Origin: Calditrichales bacterium
GTDB lineage: Bacteria; Calditrichota; Calditrichia; Calditrichales; J004
Assembly (NCBI GenBank): GCA_965267575.1
Contig: OZ254086.1
Span: 3,136,001-3,200,000 of the forward strand
DNA length: 64,000 nt
Reading direction: 5' to 3'
Shown here: positions 1 to 8,279 of the stretch, one piece after another
How positions within the stretch are numbered: the first letter of the stretch is position 1
How the letters are laid out: the number at the start of each line of letters is the position of its first letter
Notes under the pieces: generated by a model
What the model was told of the DNA's origin: nothing
The model's database searches: none
What the model saw: the letters and a program-made list of their open reading frames with translations, nothing else
Translations under genes and position numbers: made by a program

Positions 1-436
1 TTTTCAGGAAGCGCATGTAGCTTATGAGCAGCGTAACCGCCAGGGTATTATGGTAAAAGTAGGGAAATGTGCTCAACCACTCCATCTCGCGAACCATAAG
101 AATGTTGACGCGGGTGGCTTTTAGCGCTTCGTCGATTTGGGGCGGCAGGTTGCGAAGAAAGGCATACGTGGGTTTTGCCTGTAGAAGCATCATGTGTTTC
201 CATATTTTTCCTGTACCCAGCTCCGTTTGCTGCTCCCGCTCCGGATTGGGGATGGCGGCAATACGCTTGAAAAGTGTCTCGTCGACCGCTTCGCCCTTGC
301 GGGCTATGACGTTTTTATCAACCGCGGTGATGTGGCAGCGAAGTTTTTGCTTTTTTGTACGCACTAAGGTAAACATGGGCACGTTCCCGTCTTTTAAAAG
401 AGGTATCGGATATTTTGACGGGTGAATAAAGGGCAT
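1..436 (-). CDS. Partial hypothetical protein running off the left edge, possibly the N-terminal part of an HD-domain protein
   Basis: Manual translation from ATG at 436 (MPFIHPSKYP...WLSTFPYFYHNTLAVTLLISYMRFLK) stays open to position 1. Not in the ORF track because its stop lies outside the window. YFYHNTLAV loosely resembles the first helix of HD/HD-GYP domains. Confidence 0.55.
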   Translation of the reverse strand, partial: MPFIHPSKYPIPLLKDGNVPMFTLVRTKKQKLRCHITAVDKNVIARKGEAVDETLFKRIAAIPNPEREQQTELGTGKIWKHMMLLQAKPTYAFLRNLPPQIDEALKATRVNILMVREMEWLSTFPYFYHNTLAVTLLISYMRFLK

Positions 437-558
437 ACGTATCTTGGTATACTTCTGAACCTTTTTACGGTCAATTCCTGCTCATTTGGGCGAATCGGAA
501 GCCTTTTTCAAGGAAATAAGCTGATTGGATTTTCGTTTATGAGCGGCGAAAGGATAAA

Positions 559-1524
559 ATGATGACCATAATTATCGGATCCGGTATAAGCGGACTTTTT
601 GCGGCGCAAACTCTGGCACGCGCCGGAAAAGCCGTAACCGTGCTGGACAAGGGAAGAGGACCGGGTGGTCGCGTTGCCAGCCGTGCTATGGACAACGGTG
701 CGCGCATCGATTTCGGCGCGCAGTTTTTTACGATCCGGGATGATCGTTTTGCCGGGTGGGCGCGGGAATGGCAGAAAAAAGGTGTCATAAAGCCGTGGCC
801 CGAAAAAATAAAAAATCTTGACGGACCGGACGACGACAGCGAGGACAAATTTATTGCGCCGGGCGGCTTACGCGATGTCGCCAAAGAGATGGCGCTTGGC
901 CTTAATGTAAAGCAGCAAGTCGAGGTTTCGCGTATTATGCCGCTGGCTTCCGGATGGCAGGTTGAAAGTGCTGCTGGTGAGGTGTTTGAGGCTAATCAGA
1001 TCATCCTGACGGCACCTTTGCCGCAGGCATTGCAGTTACTGAAAGGCGCGCGCCTAAACATCCCGCATCACCTTTACAAGCCCTTTGCCGCAGTGAATTA
1101 CGATCCCTGCCTGACGCTGATGATAGAAGGCCATGTTAATGACGGACCGCCTTTTTTCACGCTGGACAATCATCCCGTGCAGCTGCTTGTTGACAATGGA
1201 GCGAAAGGGTTGGCGGAAGGGCAGCGGGCGATTACCATCAACACTTCAGCAGATTTCAGCAGGCAGGCCTGGGAGTGGGAGTCGGTAAGAATTGTCGGTT
1301 TTATTGAACAGGCTTTGGAGCCTTATTGTCGTTTAAATATCGACCGGGCGCATGTGCACCGCTGGCGCTATGCCCGCGTGCATAATCCTTTCCAAAAGGC
1401 GTTCGCCGATCTGGAGCAAAAAAATCCATTGCTGCTCGCGGGTGACGCTTTTGGCGGCCCGCGGATTGAACTGGCGGCGTTAAGCGGCATAAGCGCGGCA
1501 AGGCATTTGCTGGAGAAAGCATGA
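559..1524 (+). CDS. Renalase-like FAD/NAD(P)-dependent oxidoreductase
   Basis: GSGISG dinucleotide-binding motif, DKGRGPGGR..SR, DFGAQFFT, HRWRYA, C-terminal GDAFGGPRIE.AALSG. Confidence 0.85.
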   Translation: MMTIIIGSGISGLFAAQTLARAGKAVTVLDKGRGPGGRVASRAMDNGARIDFGAQFFTIRDDRFAGWAREWQKKGVIKPWPEKIKNLDGPDDDSEDKFIAPGGLRDVAKEMALGLNVKQQVEVSRIMPLASGWQVESAAGEVFEANQIILTAPLPQALQLLKGARLNIPHHLYKPFAAVNYDPCLTLMIEGHVNDGPPFFTLDNHPVQLLVDNGAKGLAEGQRAITINTSADFSRQAWEWESVRIVGFIEQALEPYCRLNIDRAHVHRWRYARVHNPFQKAFADLEQKNPLLLAGDAFGGPRIELAALSGISAARHLLEKA

Positions 1525-2327
1525 AATCCACATTAACCTTCCTGTTTACGGCCGCTGCTATCTACCTGGTTTACGTGGCCTTGCTTTATTTCTTTCAACG
1601 TAAGCTGATTTATCCCGTCAGCATGCTGCCGGCACCTTCCGGCACGATTATAAATCCGGAAAATCAGCGCTTTATCCAGGCCGGTGACAATGCAATCGAC
1701 ACCAGGTTTTATCTGCCTGACAGCGCAGCGAACGTACCTTTGCTGATAATCGCCCACGGCAATGCATCGCGCGTGGAAGACTGGGAAGCGGTTATTGGGC
1801 CGGCGTTGCGAATGGGCATGGCGGTGCTTTTGGTTGAATACCCCGGTTACGGAAGATCTGAGGGCCAGCCGTCACAACAATCGATACAACAGGCTTTTGA
1901 AGCTGCTTACGATTTTTACACGGCCATGGAGGGCATTGACAGCAACCGCGTGGTCTATCTCGGACGCTCCCTTGGAGGGGGCGTTGTCTGCCAGCTTAGC
2001 CGGACACGTAGGGCAAACGCGCTTATCCTCGTATCTACCTTTACCTCTTTAAAAGCCTTCGCGCCGGGATATGGCGTTCCTGCTTTTCTTCTGCGCGATA
2101 CTTATGATAGCGTGAATGCTTTGAGGGAGTTTGGCGGACCCGTTTTTGTAATCCACGGCAGTGAAGACCGCACGATACCTGTTGCGCATGCCCGGGCTTT
2201 GCGCGAACTTAAGGCCGTTGTGCGCTACAAGGAGTATCAGAGTCATCACAACAATACCCCGCCGGACTGGTCAGATTTTTGGAGCCAAATAGAGCTGTTT
2301 CTCCGCGAAAACAGAATACTTGGATAA
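1521..2327 (+). CDS. Membrane-anchored alpha/beta hydrolase (Bem46/ABHD13-like)
   Basis: N-terminal TM helix, HGNA, EYPGYGRS, GRSLGG nucleophile elbow, HGSED; ATGA overlap with the previous gene. Confidence 0.85.
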   Translation: MKSTLTFLFTAAAIYLVYVALLYFFQRKLIYPVSMLPAPSGTIINPENQRFIQAGDNAIDTRFYLPDSAANVPLLIIAHGNASRVEDWEAVIGPALRMGMAVLLVEYPGYGRSEGQPSQQSIQQAFEAAYDFYTAMEGIDSNRVVYLGRSLGGGVVCQLSRTRRANALILVSTFTSLKAFAPGYGVPAFLLRDTYDSVNALREFGGPVFVIHGSEDRTIPVAHARALRELKAVVRYKEYQSHHNNTPPDWSDFWSQIELFLRENRILG

Positions 2328-2398
2328 ATTGAAATAAATGTCTGGCAGCAATGGTTGAAAGCTGCGTTTTTATTGAATTTTGATATCAGGCGGGAGTT

Positions 2399-3910
2399 AT
2401 GAAGAAAAAAATCGTTGTGATCGGATCAGGGTTTGGCGGACTTGCGGCGGCCAATCGTCTTGCTGCAAAAGGGTTTGATGTACATCTCATTGAGAAGCGC
2501 GACAAGCTGGGCGGCAGGGCTTACCAGTACGAGATAAACGGCTTTAAATTTGACGGCGGACCCACCGTTATCACCGCGCCTTATATTTTTGATGAGATAT
2601 TCGAAGCGGCCGGCAAAAAGCGCGATGACTATTTTAAGCTTGTTCCGCTGGACCCTTTTTACCGTCTGTTTAATTCCAAAGGTGATTATTTCGACTACTG
2701 CCATAAACGCCAAGATATGATTGAGCAGATCAGGCGCTGGAACCCCGATGATGTTAAAGGTTATGAAAGATTTGAACGCCAGACCCAGAAAATATTCAAC
2801 CTTTTCCACCCCTATACAGACCAGCCGTTCTTAAAGTTCTCCAAAATGATGAATATCATCCCTGATGTCATTCGTTTGAACGGTTACCGCGGCACATACG
2901 GTTTTGTCAGCAAATACATCAAAAACGACTTCCTGCGTCGCTGCTTTTCGTTTCATCCGCTGTTGGTGGGCGGCAACCCGTTTGACACGCCGTCCCTATA
3001 CACGCTCATTGTGCAATTCGAAAAAGAGTGGGGCGTGCATTACGCCATCGGCGGAACAGGTGCGATCGTGGAGGGGTTAGGTAAACTTTTCCTGGACCTG
3101 GGTGGAAGAATTTCACTTGGAAGCGAAGTTAAGGAAATCAATATCGAAGGCCGTAAAGTAAAAGGCGTCGTGCTGGAAGACGGCACTTTTGAAGAAGCCG
3201 ATTACGTGGTCTGCAACGGCGACGTTCCGTTTACTTATAAAAACCTGATCAAAGCAGAGCACCGCCGCAAGTTTACAGACACCAAAATTGACAATATGAA
3301 ATACAGCATGTCCCTTTTTGTAATCTATTTCGGTACAAAAAGACGCTATACGGACAGCAAACTGTCCCATCACAATATTATTCTGAACAAGCGCTATAAG
3401 GGCTTGCTGAAAGATATTTTCCGCGCCGACAAAGGCCTGCCGGAAGATTTTTCACTCTACCTGCACATGCCCACCATAACCGATACATCGATCGCTCCTC
3501 CGGGAACGGAATCGTTTTACGTTTTATCGCTTGTGCCAAACCTCGGTTCGGATATAGATTGGGAAAAAATGGCCAAACCATACCGGGACCGCATCATGCA
3601 GTTTCTGGAAGACAATTTCCTGCCGGACCTGCAGAAAAACATCATTGCCGAGCATTATATCGATCCGCTGCATTTCCGCAATACTTTAAACAGTGAAAAC
3701 GGATCGGCATTCTCGGTGAAGCCCACGCTAACCCAAAGCGCCTATTTCCGCCCGCACAACCGTTCCGAAGAGTTTGATAATCTTTACTTTGTCGGGGCCG
3801 GAACACATCCCGGCGCCGGCGTGCCCGCCGTCCTGTCATCCGGTAAAATAGCCGCAGAACTTATTCTGGAAGGTGAAAAAGAGTCTCTGTATGAGCAACA
3901 ACCTGCATAA
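2399..3910 (+). CDS. crtI: Phytoene desaturase (CrtI family)
   Basis: GSGFGGLA, GGRA, FDGGPTVIT, FHPLLVGGNPF, YLHMPTITD, QSAYFRPHN, GAGTHPGAGVP. Confidence 0.92.
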   Translation: MKKKIVVIGSGFGGLAAANRLAAKGFDVHLIEKRDKLGGRAYQYEINGFKFDGGPTVITAPYIFDEIFEAAGKKRDDYFKLVPLDPFYRLFNSKGDYFDYCHKRQDMIEQIRRWNPDDVKGYERFERQTQKIFNLFHPYTDQPFLKFSKMMNIIPDVIRLNGYRGTYGFVSKYIKNDFLRRCFSFHPLLVGGNPFDTPSLYTLIVQFEKEWGVHYAIGGTGAIVEGLGKLFLDLGGRISLGSEVKEINIEGRKVKGVVLEDGTFEEADYVVCNGDVPFTYKNLIKAEHRRKFTDTKIDNMKYSMSLFVIYFGTKRRYTDSKLSHHNIILNKRYKGLLKDIFRADKGLPEDFSLYLHMPTITDTSIAPPGTESFYVLSLVPNLGSDIDWEKMAKPYRDRIMQFLEDNFLPDLQKNIIAEHYIDPLHFRNTLNSENGSAFSVKPTLTQSAYFRPHNRSEEFDNLYFVGAGTHPGAGVPAVLSSGKIAAELILEGEKESLYEQQPA

Positions 3911-5315
3911 AAAAGCTATGGAGACGGGCTTCGGCAACAGCCCGCAGGAGCTTGAAATAAACGATGTGCCGGTTCAGGGCGAGGTCCCTTCCTGGCTGAA
4001 AGGTACGCTTCTGCGCAACGGGCCCGGTGCTTTTAGCCTGGAGCATCAGCAGCTGCGTCACTGGTTCGACGGTCTGGCCATGCTGCACCGCTTTTCTTTT
4101 GATAACGGGCGCGTCTCGTACTCTAACCGATATCTGGAAAGCGATGCGGTAAATGCGGCGCGCAAAGAGGGGCGCATCTCCTACAGTGAATTTGCCACCG
4201 ATCCCTGCCGTTCGCTGTTCAAGCGCATGACGGCCGTTTTTGACCAGAGGCTGACCGACAGCGCCAAGGTGAACATTGCCAGATTCAGCGATCGTTTCCT
4301 GGCCCTTGGTGAAACTCCCATGCAGATAGAGTTTGATCCCCGGACGTTGCATAAGACCGGGACATTTATGTACGACCCGCAGGAAACGCAGCATGTGACC
4401 ACCGTGCATCCCCATTTTGACGCGGAGGGTAACGCCTACAACCTGGTAACAAATTTCGACCGGGTCAGCGAATATCGCATTATGCGCGTCCGGCCGAACG
4501 GAGAGAGGCAGATTGTTGCGCGGCACAAAGTTACTTTCCCTGGATACATTCACAGCTGGGGTATGAGTGAAAGGCACTTTATCCTGGTGGAGTATCCTTT
4601 TGTGGTGTATCCGCTTAAACTTCTTTTTCAGCTTAAGCCTTTTATAGAAAACTTTTCATGGAAGCCGTCTCGTGGGACACGCATTTTCGTTTTTGACAGA
4701 TCGGGCGGTGCTCTGAAAAAGGAAATCAAAACAGATGCCTTTTTTGCCTTTCACCATTTAAATGCCTGGGAAGAAGGCAGCGAGCTTGTTTTTGATTTAA
4801 ATACGTACAAAGATGCCTCAATCATCAGCGCTTTTTATCTGGATCGCCTCAAGGACAAAACAGCAAAGCTGCCGCTCGGGCATATGGACCGTTTTCGTAT
4901 TAATCTGGAGAACGGTGCGTTGCAGCGGAAACGGCTCAGCGATGCCAATATCGAATTGGCGCGTTATGACGACGAACGCTTCTATCTCAAGTCCGGATAC
5001 CGCTACATCTACGGTGTTTCGGTAAATACGGAGGCCCACAGCAGCTTTTATAATCAAATCGTTCGCATCGACGCGCAGACGGGTGAATCCCGCAGCTGGT
5101 ATGAGGAAGGCTGCTATCCCGGTGAGCCCGTTTACGTTGCCCGTCCCGGTGGCACGGATGAGCAGGATGGCGTAGTCCTGTCCGTTGTGCTGGACGCCAA
5201 AAGGGGGCAATCGTTTTTACTTCTGCTGGATGCCGCTGACTTTTGCGAGCGCACCCGCGCGGTTATATCGCAGCCAGTTCTTTTTGGCTATCACGGGGGC
5301 TATTACCCCGATTAG
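3891..5315 (+). CDS. Carotenoid cleavage oxygenase (RPE65/BCO family)
   Basis: G.LLRNGPG, HWFDGLAMLH, SEFATDPC; four candidate Fe ligands in TVHPH, YIHSWG, FHHLNAWE and GYHG; EPVYV. Start taken at ATG 3891, overlapping the end of crtI. Confidence 0.9.
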   Translation: MSNNLHKKAMETGFGNSPQELEINDVPVQGEVPSWLKGTLLRNGPGAFSLEHQQLRHWFDGLAMLHRFSFDNGRVSYSNRYLESDAVNAARKEGRISYSEFATDPCRSLFKRMTAVFDQRLTDSAKVNIARFSDRFLALGETPMQIEFDPRTLHKTGTFMYDPQETQHVTTVHPHFDAEGNAYNLVTNFDRVSEYRIMRVRPNGERQIVARHKVTFPGYIHSWGMSERHFILVEYPFVVYPLKLLFQLKPFIENFSWKPSRGTRIFVFDRSGGALKKEIKTDAFFAFHHLNAWEEGSELVFDLNTYKDASIISAFYLDRLKDKTAKLPLGHMDRFRINLENGALQRKRLSDANIELARYDDERFYLKSGYRYIYGVSVNTEAHSSFYNQIVRIDAQTGESRSWYEEGCYPGEPVYVARPGGTDEQDGVVLSVVLDAKRGQSFLLLLDAADFCERTRAVISQPVLFGYHGGYYPD

Positions 5316-5372
5316 GGCAGGAAAAATCACTCCTAATTTTGTAGATTGCGTTCCTGTTTTAGCAGAGGCGCA

Positions 5373-7124
5373 ATGTTTTCCCGTTTTTTATTTTTCGATC
5401 GTGACAGAAACCGCTGGCTGGATTTTAGCCGGACTAAAAAAACGTTCCGGGCCTGGAGCGTTTCTGAGGTGGCTAAAGGGTTGGAATGGGCTGACCACAT
5501 GCTTGGCGCAGGCTATACCGTCGCCGGATTTATCAGCTATGAAGCGGCCCCGGCCATGGATGAATCGTACAAAACTTATCCCGCGCAGGAAGGCCTGCCT
5601 TTGGTGTTTTTTGTCGCCTGCCGCGATGTAAAGTTTTTACAATCACTTCCCCGTGAAAACGAACGCGCCTTTTCTTTTGAACCCTGGCAGCCGGATATAA
5701 GCCGCGATAATTATCTCAATGTCATCGGACGAATCAAGGATTACATTGAGCAGGGTGATACTTACCAGGTTAACTATACATTTCGTCTGAAAAGCCGTTT
5801 AAGCGGGGACAGCTTCGCCATGTTCCGCAAAGTTCTTAGCGCCCAACCCGGCGCTTATGCCGCCTATCTGGAAACGGATAATTACGTGCTGGCTTCCTTT
5901 ACGCCGGAGTTGTTTTTCAGCCTGGAAAACGAAGAGCTGTTGATGCGGCCAATGAAAGGCACCATGCATCGCGGACTGACGGCGTCGGATGACCGGCAAT
6001 TGGCGCGTGCTCTGGAATTGTCCGAAAAAGACCAGGCCGAAAACCTGATGATCGTCGATATGGTGCGCAATGACCTGGGCCGTGTGGCGCGACCCGGAAG
6101 CGTTCAGGTGCCCCGTCTTCTGCGCGTCGAGAAATATCCCACGGTGTGGCAGATGACCAGCGATGTGTCTGCACAGAGCGACGCTCCCTTCAGCACGATC
6201 ATCAGCAGTTTGTTCCCCTGCGCCTCGATCACGGGAGCGCCAAAAGCACGCACCATGGAGATTATTAACGAGCTGGAAACTACCCCGCGAGGTATTTATA
6301 CGGGCAGTATCGGCTACGTGACGCCACAGCGGCGGGCCTGTTTTAGCGTGGCCATTCGAACGGTCGTGGTCAACCGGCAAACGTCTGAAGCGGTTTATGG
6401 GGTGGGCAGCGGCATTGTTTGGGACAGTGCCGGCGAAAACGAGTATGAAGAGTGCCGCGTTAAAAGCCGCGTGCTGACGCGTGAAGCGCCTGATGATTTT
6501 GCTTTGCTGGAGACCATGCTGTGGGAAAAGGACAACGGCATTTACCTGCGTGATTATCATTTGCAGCGCCTGGCAGAAAGCGCAGCTTATTTTGATTTTA
6601 TTTATCCGCAAACCAAAATCGATGAAGCGTTGTCCGCCATTAGCGGGGAAACGGGCCAACGACTAAAGCTGCGCCTGCTGTTGTACAAAAGCGGCCGCTT
6701 TGAGCTTCAACAAGACGCCTTGTCGGCGGGCAGCGATGAAAATGCCGTGACGTGCATCGTCCTGCCGCAAGCCGTAAACAGCAATGATCCTTTCCTGTAC
6801 CATAAAACCACCAACCGCCCTGTATACGATAAGGCGCTGCAGGCCGCGAAAAAGGCCGCTGCCGACGACGCGATCCTGCTGAATGAAAAAGGGGAGATTA
6901 CTGAAAGCTGCATCGCGAATGTTGTACTGGAGCTTGATGGCAAACTGCTGACGCCGCCCATAAGCTGCGGCCTCTTGAGCGGCACGTACCGCCGTTACCT
7001 GTTTGACTGCGGCCGCCTGGAAGAGCAAATCCTTACGGTTGATGATCTGAAACGGGCGGAGAAGGTCTGGCTGATTAATTCCGTACGGCGCTGGCAAAAG
7101 GTGCGTGTTCTTTCCGTGATTTGA
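5373..7124 (+). CDS. pabB: Aminodeoxychorismate synthase component I fused to an aminotransferase class IV (ADC lyase-like) domain
   Basis: YQVNYT, PMKGT, ENLMIVDMVRNDL, FPCASITGAPK, GIYTGSIG; C-terminal HKTTNR, NEKGEITE, GLLSGTYR, NSVR. Confidence 0.9.
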   Translation: MFSRFLFFDRDRNRWLDFSRTKKTFRAWSVSEVAKGLEWADHMLGAGYTVAGFISYEAAPAMDESYKTYPAQEGLPLVFFVACRDVKFLQSLPRENERAFSFEPWQPDISRDNYLNVIGRIKDYIEQGDTYQVNYTFRLKSRLSGDSFAMFRKVLSAQPGAYAAYLETDNYVLASFTPELFFSLENEELLMRPMKGTMHRGLTASDDRQLARALELSEKDQAENLMIVDMVRNDLGRVARPGSVQVPRLLRVEKYPTVWQMTSDVSAQSDAPFSTIISSLFPCASITGAPKARTMEIINELETTPRGIYTGSIGYVTPQRRACFSVAIRTVVVNRQTSEAVYGVGSGIVWDSAGENEYEECRVKSRVLTREAPDDFALLETMLWEKDNGIYLRDYHLQRLAESAAYFDFIYPQTKIDEALSAISGETGQRLKLRLLLYKSGRFELQQDALSAGSDENAVTCIVLPQAVNSNDPFLYHKTTNRPVYDKALQAAKKAAADDAILLNEKGEITESCIANVVLELDGKLLTPPISCGLLSGTYRRYLFDCGRLEEQILTVDDLKRAEKVWLINSVRRWQKVRVLSVI

Positions 7125-7186
7125 CAGCTTTGCCCAACGGTTTTAGTTTAATAAACACCGTTTCAATCACTATGAGGGAAACAGTA

Positions 7187-7564
7187 ATGAGTAGCTCGGA
7201 AAAAATAAACATCGGCAAGCGCGAGAGGGTAAACAGGCTGATCTTAGGCATAGTAATGCTGCTGGCCGCCTTTGGGCTTGGCTGGTGGATTACAACGCAA
7301 AGTGTAGCCGGTTGGTTAATTGCCCTGTTTTTTATAGTTGTTTACCAGGGTGTTCGTTTTTTGCTCGACTTCCAGACCGGCACCTGTCCGCTAAAGGCAG
7401 AATTAGGGCAACGCAGGCTCGATGGCTTTTTTACAATCAGCGGAACCGCCATTGACGATAAACGCCTTGCCGATGATATCCGTGGCAAATCGCGCAGAGC
7501 ACTCATCCTGGCACTCTTTGTTGCCATAGCAGCAACGATGCTTGTGGCAACGGTCCCCGCCTGA
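7187..7564 (+). CDS. Small membrane protein, DUF2892/YgaP-like
   Basis: NIGKRERVNRLILG, two TM helices, GTCP, and a third C-terminal TM; start chosen at ATG 7187 after GAGGGA. Confidence 0.55.
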   Translation: MSSSEKINIGKRERVNRLILGIVMLLAAFGLGWWITTQSVAGWLIALFFIVVYQGVRFLLDFQTGTCPLKAELGQRRLDGFFTISGTAIDDKRLADDIRGKSRRALILALFVAIAATMLVATVPA

Positions 7565-7679
7565 ACCCTAAATTATCTTTTGTGAGTATCCACGTTTTTT
7601 TAGAAATTTAGAGACGATCGCACAGTCTGTTATATTGTAATCTTTTGGCGACCTATCAAATGATATACGAGGACGACTA

Positions 7680-8279
7680 ATGAAGCGCGCAGCCATTTTT
7701 CTCTTTTTGTTTTTGGCGTTTACTCTTTACGGGCAGGATTATCCACGGATTATACCCAAGGAGGAGTGGGGCGGCGAACCGCCTACGACTGAGATAGAGG
7801 AACAGACAATCAGCTATATTACAATTCATCACGGGGGTGTTTTTGTAGCAGAAGACAAAGATCCTGAGCAGTATCTGCAAAACCTGCAAAAATTCAGCAC
7901 CGCCGAAAAAGGCTGGATCGATATTCCCTATCATTACATGATTGATTTACAGGGCCGCGTGTATGAAGCCCGCCCGGAAAAATATCCCGGCGATACCAAT
8001 ACGGAGTACGACCCAAAAGGGCACCTGCTCATTTGTGTAATCGGAAATTATGAAGAACAGGAACCGGACAGCACGCAGATAGAATCCCTGGCCTGGATGA
8101 CGGCGTTTGCCGCTTACAAACACAGCCTTTCCCTGGATGTTGTGGCCTCGCATAAAGATTACTCCGGGCAAACAGTTTGTCCGGGAAAAAACCTGTATAA
8201 ATTTCTATCCGACAGTACATTGTTTAAAAAGGCATCCCTTTACCTTGAAAAGCTTCAAAAGGAGAAACCAAAATCATGA
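7680..8279 (+). CDS. Secreted N-acetylmuramoyl-L-alanine amidase (Amidase_2/PGRP-like)
   Basis: Signal peptide; EEWG, ITIHH, GWIDIPYHY.ID..G.VYEAR, SHKD, TVCPG zinc-amidase motifs; GAGG RBS. Confidence 0.88.
   Translation: MKRAAIFLFLFLAFTLYGQDYPRIIPKEEWGGEPPTTEIEEQTISYITIHHGGVFVAEDKDPEQYLQNLQKFSTAEKGWIDIPYHYMIDLQGRVYEARPEKYPGDTNTEYDPKGHLLICVIGNYEEQEPDSTQIESLAWMTAFAAYKHSLSLDVVASHKDYSGQTVCPGKNLYKFLSDSTLFKKASLYLEKLQKEKPKS

Noticed and set aside
5799..6659. 286-aa minus-strand ORF
   Set aside because: Antisense shadow of pabB with no recognisable motifs.
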